Assembly (NCBI RefSeq): GCF_021869535.1
Contig: NW_026262637.1
Location: 26,412,001-26,476,000 of the forward strand
DNA length: 64,000 nucleotides
Source of the DNA: Mytilus californianus
Lineage: Eukaryota
Direction: 5' to 3'
Shown here: in pieces, positions 25,023 to 37,573 of the stretch
How positions within the stretch are numbered: position 1 is the stretch's first letter
Layout: every line of letters starts with the position of its first letter
Position numbers and translations under genes: made by a program
The notes under the pieces: model-generated
Databases searched by the model: none
Seen by the model: only the letters and a program-made list of their open reading frames with translations
What the model was told of the DNA's origin: nothing

Positions 25023-25373
25023 GTCACTCTAAATATTTTGAAGGGAGGTAAGAAACCGATAGAAAAGGCTTGGTGAACGAATGCAGTGGTAAATACTTTG
25101 TTCTTAATGCAATCTGTTAGTTCAATTCTTCCAAACAAAAACTGTACTTGCTTATAGGTTTTTGTCTTTGATAAATATATATAGAATCAATGTGAAAACA
25201 GAATATAATTTCATCTTGTTGGTATTGCACTAATCGCGACTATGACTGAGTATGACAGCGGGCTGTTTTAATTCCTTTGGGATTCTCAGCGATTTGTGTA
25301 GAATATGTTTTGCATTGGCTGTTCAGTCAATTTAATGAATCGGACAAAGCTTTTGAATAGATTTAGAAGCAAA

Positions 25374-25423
25374 CAGGTCAGGTATAATCCACCAATGGCA
25401 ATGCCAATGGTATTCCTGACCTG
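25374..25423. mobile_element. 50-bp mini-MITE with a 5-bp TSD
   Basis: TIRs CAGGTCAGGTATA / TATTCCTGACCTG (12 of 13 match); GCAAA at 25369-25373 and 25424-25428. Confidence 0.65.
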
Positions 25424-27116
25424 GCAAACAGTTCATGCATGCTGCAGACTTTACCCATACTAACAACTAGGTTGTCACCCCATCTTTTACTTTTGGAGTT
25501 CATGTACTGACATTTATTGTCAGGGTTTGGGTTAGATTTTAGAGTTAGCTCTTATGTTTATTTTTCATCGACCGATTATCCCAAAGAAAACATTTATTTT
25601 GATATATGACTTTCAAATACACCTTATCGCTATTTGTCCGCCATTACCGGACATCACAAAGGTTCCCGTAAAATTTTGACGTCATAATACAAAATGTCTG
25701 ACTCCACAATGGAAAAGTTATTATTGTCAATAGTTCAAGCGGGGCAGATTCTTGGATCAACCGGGACAGATTTCCAAATAGCGATAAGGTGTATTCACTT
25801 TCCTGTGAATTTCCTATGTCACAATACTGATGTTATTATGTCACAGTAAGAACCGATTGTTCAATGACGCAGATTGACCTTAGCTCAAGACTGAACAACT
25901 GAAGATTGATGTATTCAGATCAGATCATGGCATTCTTCGTGATAAACTTTTAAATATACAGGCCCAGAGCTCAATTTTTGAAAATTTTAGTTAGAATCTG
26001 TTAGCCAGTAGAGATGATTTTTAGTTAAATTTTACAGGCCCAAAATCAATTTTACAAGCCTGGGCTGCTGGGCCTGTGGTTAAGTGTGAATACTGTCATG
26101 GTACAGTTTTCAGTCTCATTGGCATTATCATTTAATTTGATAATGGACTTCACGACATATCATTTCCTTGTGTTAAAGAAACAGGTCAGTATTGAGACAG
26201 TTACAAGAGGACTGTGCTACAAACTTTACCACAAATGTCTATCATTAATACAGAGTAAATTAATCATTAAGTAGATTTAAAGCATTACGATATGCATTTG
26301 GTACATTTATTAACACTGGATTTGAACAGTGGAATTTTTTCTATCATATGTTATAGGTAGATAGTGTTTAAACTGTAAAATCGTACCTAAAATTATGAAG
26401 AGAAATCAAGTGATTTTAGATTTTAAGTATAAGGATATATGCGTTTAACACATATATTAATGCTTGACTGTATGACAGTAGAAATCTCTTAGATTTTTTA
26501 ACAAAGATGGATAGTGTTTGATTGTAAACATGTACATGTATATATGTGCAGGAGTTCTATGTGTTCTTACAGTGTATGTTACGAAATGGATATATACAAT
26601 GTACATGTAGTTCTGTGCAAGACGTTTTATTTATATATTTAAACGAATAACCTGCTTAAACATATCTATTTTGGTATGTGGTGATTGAATATTTAGCTTG
26701 CTATAAATAATTTATTGTATGAGTGGTGAACCTTTTTTTTTTACCTTGATGCTCCTGCTAGAGCCTAGAGGAGGAAGAGTTTTCCATATATGATAAATAC
26801 CAATATGACATACTTTTTTCGATAATCAATTGAATTAAGTTGAAGTCTCCTTGTACCCTTTAGACTAGTATTTAATCAATATTTACTTGGTCAACTATAA
26901 ACCAAGGTTTTAAAACACATGTTTAGGTGATACAGTGTAAAATTCTAAGTCATTTTAAATGGGTCTTTACAGGTTATTGAAGTGTCCTACATGAACTATG
27001 ATATTGAAATCTTGTTTTTTTTTTTTATTTAGGTGTAATTATAGATGTTTTGTTGTTTATTAGCAGGTCCAAGTAAAAGATCAGAAGAATATTATATGTA
27101 AAATAAACAAACAAAA

Positions 27117-30100
27117 ATGGCAGCAGTATTACCTCAAAAGCCCCAAGGGACTTACACATTTGCAAGTCAGCCGAGGGCTGTTCAACAAAGAAAGAAATAC
27201 AGAGATGGCATGACAGCTCCTGCGGAACAGCAGTAAGTGATTGTTCTTTTTTGTGTCATATATTCATTGTTAGAACTCTTCCTTTTTAATGGTTAAGTTG
27301 CAAAAATATTTTAAATGTCAGATAGATTTGGCAAATTCTGTAACTACATTGAATAAATAAGTAAACTATAAAAGGAAAATTTATATTTTATTTGTACTTA
27401 TCTTAAAGGCCTTATAAGTATTTGGCTTTGGCATTAACAATACATGTGGAAATTTGTGACTTGGTTGCACATTTTTCTTCATACAGTTGCGTGGATCAAT
27501 AATCTGAATAATCCTTTTCTAATTGTACATTTACTCATTTCTGAATTAGTTCTCAGTCTATCTTTTGATGTTGTAGAACTAGAAGACATAGGAACACTAT
27601 ATTTTCTTGTATATTTTTAGAAAATGTTCAGTTTTATGTAATTTTATCATAAGAAAAGAAAATATTATTTTTTATCTTTTTATTTTTATATTTGCTTTCT
27701 TTAGAAGTGCTGAGGGTGTACCATTGTATGGTAACATAATGTATGACAGACGTATTGTCCGTGGAAACACGTATGCCCAACACACATTACCTGCAGTAAG
27801 TATTGTCATTATACACAAAAGTACATCTATTTACAAGACGGAAAAATGAATCTATTTAAAAGAAAGAGAAAATACATCTATTTACAAGAAGTAGAAAATG
27901 AATCTATTTACAAGAACGAGAAATGAATCTATTTAAAAGAAAGAGAAAATGAAGCTATTTGCAAGAAAGAGAAAATGAATATACAATGTATAACAATGCA
28001 CTTCATAAAAAAAATTGTTTGAATTGAAAAATACCACCAGATTTCTACAGATCTTTGTATAACAAGATAAGCTTTAAATGGAAAAAAAATAAACCAGAAA
28101 ATTGTTTTGGAAATCTGTCATGAAATTGACATCTAATATTTTTTATTCTGCAGCATGCACAGCCAGATCCAATTGAAATTCAGAGACAACAAGAAAATAG
28201 AAGACGTGCTATAGCTAGAAAAAGGGCAAAAGAACAACTCCGTCCACGATCTCCTGAGGCTGTAGAGGGAAGAAAACACATTGATGTTCAAACAGAACTT
28301 TATTTAGAAGAATTAAGTGATCGTGTGGAGGAAGCTGATGTTGAAGTGCAAACAGATGCCTTCTTAGACAGACCTCCATCACCAATGTTTGTCCCCGCCA
28401 AAACTGGTGTAGACATAATGACACAGATATTAGATGGAGATGTAAGTGTGTAAACTAGAAAAAAATGGAAAGTTGTTGCTGTGTTGTCAATTCAACAAAA
28501 CATTTTAATGTACAGCTAACAGACAAGAATGAAAAACATTGAACTTGAAGTAAATTTGACCAGTACAGAAAGCAATTTACATCAATGTAAACTTACCCAT
28601 TTTTGTGGTAATAGATTATCTCCCTTATACATTTTAATTTATAAGCTCTATGGTATAAAAAGTTTGTTTTAGTGGTCTTTTTGTATAATTTCTAAGAGCA
28701 GCAAAGGAGAAAGGTCATTTTATGGAGATTGTTTGAGGTACTTTGGAATTAAATCATTTATTTGAAAAGAATTCATTTAAGAATTTTATTTTCTTCATTT
28801 CAGTTGTTTGATTTTGACATTGAAGTTAAACCAATATTAGAAGTGCTAGTCGGTAAAACAGTAGAACAAGCTTTATTAGAGGTTATGGAAGAGGAAGAGT
28901 TATCTAACCTGCGGTCGCAACAAAGAGCCTTCGAGGAACTGAGAAATGCTGAATTAGTAGAACAACAAAGATTAGAGGAGCAAGAAAGAAGACACAGAGA
29001 AGAAAAGGTTTGTTTTATAAATGTTTTTTTTTGTTTACAAACTTTTTGATGTTAATAACATAGAAGATTGTTTAAAAAAGGAATATCTGAAATAGTTTGC
29101 ATACATAATGCTTAAGATATTTGTAACATGAAAAACTTCCAAACCATTAAGATCTACCTAATGATAAGGATATTGTTGAAGGTTGTACGGTGATCTAAAT
29201 TTGCTAAATCCTTTGTCATTTGTACTCTGGTGGATGATTGTCTCATTGGCAATCATACCACATCATTTTATTATATAAATAAAGTTTTTATCTTTTATAG
29301 GAAAGACGGATGCGACAGCAAAGAGAAATTGCAAAGAAAGAAAAAGAAACATCAGATAAAATTGCCGCCCGTGCATTTGCTCAAAGCTACCTCGCAGATC
29401 TGGTCCCTACAGTGTTTGGTACACTATCAGACAATGGCTATTTCTATGACCCAGTGGAAAGAGGTAAACATCATTTTAAGAGAATAATCAACAAAAATGA
29501 TATTTCAATGTTAAACTGTCATGTTTTGACTTCATTGTTATCAAAGTAATAATGATGTCCTTTTCCTGATTAACAGTGATATCATGTGGGTCAGATAAAC
29601 TGATATAATTTAGAATTGGAGCACAAAGTGACATTATTAATTTGCCCATATCTATAAAGTAGATTTAACCAACATTAGGTATTTTGAAGAGCAGCAATAA
29701 AAGCAATCTTCCTTTGATCATTGGCAATAAATTAGAGCTTACAGATATATTCATCCAAACTCCTGCCGTTTGCCTGTCTTGCTTAAGTACAAATTGAAAC
29801 TTGGAGAAACTTAATAAGTAACATTTACATTTCTATTTTTCAGATTTGGAACAAGGTTTCATGCCATGGTTAATGGATCAAGTAACAGAACAATTGAAAA
29901 AATCAGAACTCGGCAGAATGGTGCTTGATGGCATTTTACGTGAGGTTGTCAGTAAACGAATGGACTTGTATGCCAAAATAGGTCAGAAACCAGCAGTATC
30001 TGAACAACAGGAACAACAACAGACAGAAGAAAAACCCCAAGATACAACACAAAACGCTGTGCCTCCATCAGCATCAGCCACATCAGAGGTAAGATCCTCA

Positions 30101-32956
30101 TTGATATTCAACCAGATGTAATAATTTGGCATCAAAGCTTGGAACAGAAATGAAATCAGCAGTTACGACCAGATATATTTTGCCATAGACTTTTGAAATA
30201 GTTTACAGTGTATCCAATGGACCATACCAGATTAACCAGAAAATATATTTTTTTCAACCATTTTCTATTATTTCAGAAAATAATATTTAAGTGTTTACAA
30301 ATTAAATGAGAAAAAGCTTACATGTAATTGACAAAAATAATTTTAGGGTGTGTCATGCCTATGAAAAGGATTTTATTTAAAAGAAATATTCTTTCTTGTC
30401 ATGGTCTATGCTCATTTTAACATTGGTAGGCAATATATTTGTAAATATCTTTACACTAACTCGTCACTAATCATTACCAAGGTGAAGAAAGTACAACACA
30501 CATTCAGAAGACTCATGGCAAAATAAACTTGTTGGACAGTGCTGGGTTTCTGTAATAAAATCCTTGAGTTTGATATAAATCTTGATTATTTAAACAATTT
30601 TTTGTGGATCGAATCAGTCAACCAAATGATTCATCCTTGTTTCATTTTCAGTGTTGACATTCTTTTCATTCTAATAGCTGAATACATGCATAAGCCATCT
30701 CCAGCTAAGAGGTTAAATTAAAGGTCACATGAATACAGATTCAATGAGGTTAAATTATTCACTTGCAAGTGAATATTTCATCAGCGATGTTTCTTATCTT
30801 ATTTTGACTGCTAAAAGCGAATTAATATTTCACTATATCATGTTCATTAATGATTGAAAAAAAAAAATCATATTTTGATTTTGTTTATATCTCGTAGCTA
30901 CCGGTAATGCCCCTTTAAAGGAATAAAACAAGAGATTGTGTCCGTCATGGTTGGTAGTTAATAGCTCATAGTGCATTTATTTTTTGACAACACACAAATT
31001 TGAATCTGATGCTCCTTGTCCTAAAGTGATTTTTTTAATTTTTTTTGCATAAGTGGACCTTATAAAGGATATGTCTGGCATTTCATATGCAGTTTATCAT
31101 GTATTAGTATACTTATGGCTTCATAGTTAATTGATAAATGTCTATTTAAATAAAGGGAAAGTTTTCTGATGTATCTCTAAACAACATCAAACATTCATTG
31201 TCTAAGATTTGTGCTTTCACTTATATTAAATAAAATTTGAGTTTTTAATGAACTACCCAGTAAAAATTTAACCTTTTATTTTATGAATAATTGTATGTTT
31301 AATTGATAAATAAAATCCCTATTTCTATTTTAAATTTAAATATAAAATGTTTTGAATATGTACATGTTGACTCTGAATTTTTCCCCACATGAGAATATTT
31401 ATAATAATGAAGCACAATAAATTGTTGTTACGAGAATCCCACCTTGATTTCTGATAAGTTGGGTATAATGAACTGATTGTTATGACCAGGGTTTCTCACC
31501 TGGAACAGGTACACTCACACTTGTAATATTTAAATTAATTGAAGTTTACAGCATTTTACCACCTTTCACATAATATTTATGTATTAAAAACTGTAGTAAA
31601 TAATCTTTTTTTGCTACACTAATTTAGAATTTCAAAATTCTGAAAAAATTTAGGACAGTGAAAAATTGAAATTACTTTGCCATTATAATTTTATTAGACA
31701 ATTACAAATGTATTAAAAATTACAGTGGTGTAATTTGATAAAGTACAAGTGATTTGAATTGTGTCCAAGTCAACAATGAATTTGTTTGGCAGGCTCAGTG
31801 GGCCGGAAAGTGATTTCAAATTGACTCTTATCATAATAAAAGAAACTGTCTCATTTTCTTGATTTAAATTCACTATAATAATAATAATTTCTAGGGATAA
31901 AGAAAGTTTTCCGTTGAAAAGAGAGACAATTTACCAAATAATTAATTCAGTTATATAACGGCAGGGTTATTTTATTATTAATTAACAAGCAAGGAGGAAT
32001 TATGAATAGACTTGTGACTTTTATTTGTGTCTGAGACAGATCTGAATTTTCTCTCATTAAGATTAGGCACACTGTCGATACAGGAAGAAACGAGAGGTTT
32101 CTCGCTCCACCACATGACAAATTCCCATGATATATATGGTGTTTTAGATGCCATATAACTCCTTGCACACTTCGTACACTGTTGGAAAAATAATTCTCTT
32201 TCTATGAAAGCAGGTGACAATTTTTCCACATGGCTGATTACAGCGGCTGATTCTATCGTGATGATCACTTCTTTTCTTACAAATTATAACAATATGGATT
32301 GTCAGCTTGGCGATCAGTCTCTTTTGATTGGGAAAAAATAAATATTGAATGATCACTCCGATGATTTGTTATGGAAGTTATTAAAGATAACCTGGAGAGC
32401 AATGATCATTTGATGAGTACAATAGTCATATGCAAAACTTAATAGGGATTTAACTGTTATAAGGTGGGTTTGACACCATGTTAATGGCACACTTAAACAG
32501 GGAACAAGTGATTGTTCTTTATATTGACTCATCTTTTCTGGCAGCTATCTGATTGAGGAATTAAAGTGACACTGTAAACAAGGCTTAAATAATTGAATTC
32601 TAATAAAACAATGGAAAAAAATTAAGTATTTTAACATTTGTTTAAATCAATTAAAAAAATGTGTAAATCATTATTAATAAGTTTTCTCAAAAATTGAAAA
32701 GATAGAAAGAGCTTGTCATAAAATTGTATAGATACCATCATATATGTAAAACTAATGTTGATGAATTTCATTATATGAAATGAAGTGAAAAATATCAATG
32801 AACAAAATATTTTATATTTTATAATTATATCATAATTTGTTATTTTTTCAGGGTGAAAAACCAGTGGAACAAGCTGAATCGGAGCAAAAGGCAGATGAGG
32901 GAGGGGAACCAGAACAAGAACAACAAGCAGATGATGATGCAGGTGGAGACGATTAG
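27117..32956 (+). CDS. RSPH3: Radial spoke head protein 3 homolog, 403 aa, 7 coding exons
   Basis: Exons 27117-27232, 27705-27795, 28154-28441, 28804-29007, 29301-29463, 29844-30088 and 32852-32956; all GT-AG, phases consistent (1212 nt). Motifs YGNIMYDRRIVRGNTYA, VQTELYLEEL, QTDAFLDRPPSP, LFDFDIEVKPILEVLVGKTVEQALLEV and FMPWLM. Confidence 0.96.
27821..27985. repeat. Degenerate ~25-bp tandem repeat in an RSPH3 intron
   Basis: About six copies of atgaatctatttacaagaaagagaaa. Confidence 0.75.
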
Positions 32957-34010
32957 AATGCAACAAAAATCATTCATGCATGACAATTATAACAAATTTT
33001 TATGGAATATTTATTTCTTATCAAAACTTATTTTTTGTGGAAAAAAAACAACTCATTTTAGTGCTCAGAGCATACCAATATTAAAAGCAGGGCAGAACTT
33101 TGTGGAAACAAATTTTGGCAGAGAAATTGATTCTCCTTTTACATTTAACTTTCATGAAAGGAGAAATTATGAACTCTGAAAAAAAATGGTTTGTGAAAGA
33201 AATGTCCGTTTGAGCATGAACAGGAAAAGTAAAGATAAATAAATTGTTAGCAATGTTATTTAGCCTTTCGAAGATAGTTAATATTTGTAGTGAAGTACTG
33301 CCAGAAAATGTGTGATATAAAGTTTATATTTCGTCATATTTTTACATTTCTAATTATTTATCATATCAGTTTATTCTTGTCTAATATACATTATAAAAGT
33401 ATGAACCACAGTAAGTTAATAAAAATTAGTTATCTGGGTATCTTTTTATCAAAAATTGCTTTCTATAATTTTTTTTGATTTTTTTCGTGTTTAAATTTCA
33501 AGAAATCATGTTCTATGTCCTTTGATCCTTTCTATATCAGCAATCACTATTATTTGTCTGAATTGTAAAAATGATGAGCATATTATGAACAATGTTCTTT
33601 TGGGCGACTTGTAGAAAGTCTCAAGTAATTTTTATAACGATTGTAATAAAGAAATAAAAAATTGCAAATACCAAAAGAGTACAGAACTAACATGTTTTAT
33701 AAATGCCTTGTCTTGGTCTACAACCCAGTACCTGTGATCCAGTTTGTGTATATATTGTTAAAAAATATGTTGTCTCTGTGTTTATATACGTTAAATTTAT
33801 TAGACCGTCCAATTATTTATATTTAGAATCTATAATATTTATCTTTAAATTTGCTTCATTTTGTTATCTATGAGTTGAGAGACAACACTGGTTTTTATTT
33901 TGTCACAAACTATGAAAAACAACGTTTAGAAGAAGCATGTGTTATAATTTAACATTTTTATATTTATATTTTAAATGTTGGTATACAATATGCTCAAACT
34001 GAAATTACCA

Positions 34011-34016
34011 AATAAA
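34011..34016 (+). terminator. Candidate RSPH3 polyadenylation signal
   Basis: AATAAA followed by a T/GT-rich tract; other AATAAA sites exist near 33645-33660. Confidence 0.45.
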
Positions 34017-35599
34017 GTATAAAGTTTGAACTTTTCTTTTCTTTTGTGCATATGTTTTATTTATATGTTTGTTGTACAACCATGCATTTCGTGGACTGAT
34101 ATCGGTATCCTACATTTAAGGCACTCCTAGCCCTACGGACCATGTCAGCTATAACAATTATTTGGGGTCTGTAATTGTTGTCTGTCTTTGATGTCCATCA
34201 GCTGTCATTTTAAACTTTTTAAAAATCTTCTTTCAAAATACTGGTTTAAAGTTTGTGTTTTTGTTCCTGTCAAAAGACCAATGTGGTGGTTATGGCTTAA
34301 AATAGAACATGAGGATAAAATGCATTCATTGTCTCATATCATGGAAACCATAATGGAAAAAATAAAATCTAACATTGCAAAAGAAAACACTCAGAATGTT
34401 TAGGTCTTCAACAATGAGAAAAACCATACTGTATAGTCCGCTATTTGCCTATTATCTCAAAACCTATAATAGATAAGAAGAAACAGTAAACAGCAAAAAT
34501 AATAACCAATGCAATATCTACAAAAATACCAATATGACCCAAACTCTCAAACTTCGTATGCAGTTATATAAGCATCCCATTTGCATGGAGATTAGTGGGG
34601 CCTACCCCCTCAGTCATAGTCATTTTAGAAAATTGACTTTAAAACTTTTGCATAATTAACATGTTAAAGTTTGTGATGAGATCAGTTTAAGGGGAACCAC
34701 TTATGATGAGTCAATGATATTTGGTATGCAGTTTGGTATGATATTGTTCATTAAATAAAAATTTGATTAAAAAACTGAACATCAAATTCATTTTCAGTGA
34801 TTTCAAGTCAAGATACACATTACCAATTTTAAAAAATCTGACAATTGTTTTTGGGTTGAAAATGTGTTTTTTGAGAGGTCAAAAATGAAAATTTAGAAAA
34901 TCTTTATTTTCACATAATTTGATGTTTAAGACTCCACAATTTTGACTCTTTTTTTAATAAATTAATGCAGGCGTTGCTTTTCTTTTTGTTGTTGAGTGTA
35001 TTATAGATAGCCAGTACCCTTTAACTATATTAAGCTCACTGGGCCTTCAGCTCGCATCACTTGGCAGCCATCGTTGTCTTCATCATCCATCTAGTGTCTG
35101 TCATAATGTTTTGTTTTGCCTATTTCTAGTATTTCGAAAACTATAATGGAGAACAAATACTCTGTCGAGTAAAAATGATCTTAGCCCACACAGTTTCTGT
35201 TCAATACAAAAACCTGTTGCATTTGATTAATTCTATGCATAAATGAAAGGCGTAATACAGGCTCCTCGGATCCCCTAGTTGGGTTTTAAACTTTTAGATA
35301 GACAATTACTAAAAAAAACAAATCAAGGCATGGTATAAAAAAATTAGTCACATGACTGAAACTGTCAATTGATTGTTTATTGGAGTTATTGTCCGTTAAT
35401 GACGATTTTTTTTTCATAATATTTTTTCGAAAATATTTTTAGAAGTTTATAAATAGTTTTGGTGGTATTTAGTATTGTGGGTACTTTTAAGTGTAGGCCA
35501 ATTTGATTTGGAGGGTGAAGCGAGGGCTTAATTGGAAGATTTTGAATAATTTGTATCCTAGTTTTTGCCTCTTTTATGTGATTCTAACACTTGTATTTT

Positions 35600-36376
35600 T
35601 ACATCGCGATGACCTTGAGGTCATTCCGATGTATTGCTATCGCCTAGATTTCCATTATGTAAATTAGTTTTGGGTTTGTAACCGATCTATAAACATGATA
35701 AATATGCGCACATAAACGAGTGCAAAATAACATTCCTTGTCAAATGATATCAATACATCTCTTCAATGAATACTGATAAAAATATTTTTGTTTACAACAT
35801 AAAATAATAATGTGAAAATGTTTTGTAGTTAGATATATATATATAAGTAAAAAATCATTGATAATATCAATGCACACGTACCGAAAAATTGTGTTAAAGC
35901 ATGCGGAAGAATATCTCAAAGAACGTTTTGCGACAGGACCGGTAGCTCTGTAATTGTTTTTGCGGGAAAATATGAATGCCTACTCGTATCCAATCTTAGA
36001 AAAATCGAATTTTTACAGAAAAGTGTCCACCATGCACTTGCATTGCACTATTGTTAGAATAGTAGAATAGAATGATATACAAACGGATGCAAATCATATA
36101 TATATGTAACTGTTATTTTGATATAATATATAACAACAAATCAGTGTATACTGATTTGTATCACTACAATATAATAGTTATTACGGTGAAGTTGAATTTC
36201 CTGTCATTTATTCATCATCCTCGCACGAACTTGTCTAGAAAAAAAAAAATATATCTCTGTACATTAACCTCAGTTTCGGGTAAAGAGATATGTTGTTTTT
36301 TTTCTGAGACAAGTGCTTTTGACCATCCTCAAGAACTTGTGGTCATCCGATGTTCAGTACTTCAGTACTTTGATTT
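35600..36376 (-). mobile_element. Interspersed ~750-bp repeat, copy 2 (inverted)
   Basis: Shares gtgtccaccatgcacttgcattgcact, gcatgcggaagaatatctc and ttttctgagacaagt in reverse orientation with 8451-9195. Confidence 0.8.
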
Positions 36377-37295
36377 AAGCTTACTGATACATAAAACAGA
36401 TTACAGGAATCATCAAATATACTGGACAGAACAACAGACCACGTCAACCACTAACATCGTCTCTTAGTTCCGAAAAAAAAAAACCAGACATAAAAACAAA
36501 GACGAACAACATGTACTAGATTTCAGTCATTATTTGTGAAAAAAAAAAACAAAATAGAAATCAAAATGACATATTTTTGCCAGGCGAGCGTCTAGTTATT
36601 ACCCAAACTTCTTTGTATCTTGTATTGTTGTAAAACATAGCGCAAGGGATGATGATACTATTAGATGACATATTTTTTTTCCATCATAATAATACACCTA
36701 TCGAGCTATGGACCTAGAATAGCTATGTGTTAGTATACATCACAATACATTGGAATACTTTGTTGATGTGGTGGTGCTTGATGATCCTGTAGTTCATAAC
36801 ACCGTTGGACTCTATGTTGCTACGTTACGTTTAATTTTGGTGTTCCTGTTGGTCATAACATCTTCTGAATTCAATAAAACTTAATATGTATAATACTGCC
36901 ATTAGTTTGATTTCCCAATAGATCGAAAACAATGCTGCTGTCAGTGATGCATAATTGCTTTTTGGCTTTCAAATTTTTCACAAACCCTGGTAAGAACTTT
37001 AAACAACCACCAATCAACCAAACATTATTGCACCTATTCAAATCAGTTGTTTTGTGGTTATTTGTCTTTTTAATTAGAAATTTTCAATCTTCATTATAAA
37101 TACATAATATCCATCAGCTCTATATGATAATAAGTTTGTAAGTAAGAATATATATAGAGAGACTACAATAATATTCTAATGAACATTGAAATAGATTTAT
37201 GCCAATGTGACTCTTTAAGGTTCAAATGGTTTGGTTAAATTAAAGATTGTTCTGTATTCTATTTATGAACACCATGACTGATCATTTTTATCTTA

Positions 37296-37573
37296 GGGAG
37301 CTACCATTTGATTTTTATGGGGGGGCTAGGATGAAAAATTTTGTCCTGCATTTTTTTTTAGTTGTAATCTCTGTCCTGCCTATTTATTTAACACTCTATT
37401 CGGTCCTGCCTTTTTTTATTAGTTTATCCTGACTTTTATTACATAAATTGTCATCCTGCCTTTTTTTTTTGCAAAGTTGCTCATCCTGCCTTTTTTTTTA
37501 CTCAAAACTCCTGTCCTGCCTTTTTTTTTAAATTTCATCCTAGCCCCCCATAAAAAATCAAATGGTAGCTCCC
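37296..37573. mobile_element. PIF/Harbinger (Tourist-like) MITE
   Basis: TIRs of about 40 bp starting GGGAGCTACCATTTGATTTTTATGGGGG; TTA on both sides (37293-37295 and 37574-37576); internal gtcctgcc(t)n repeats. Confidence 0.85.

Noticed and set aside
31947-32356. Overlapping short ORFs in the last RSPH3 intron
   Set aside because: No recognisable motif or consistent splice sites; RSPH3 is complete without them.
32853-33179. 108-aa ORF MKNQWNK...
   Set aside because: Alternative frame over the last RSPH3 exon and its 3' UTR.
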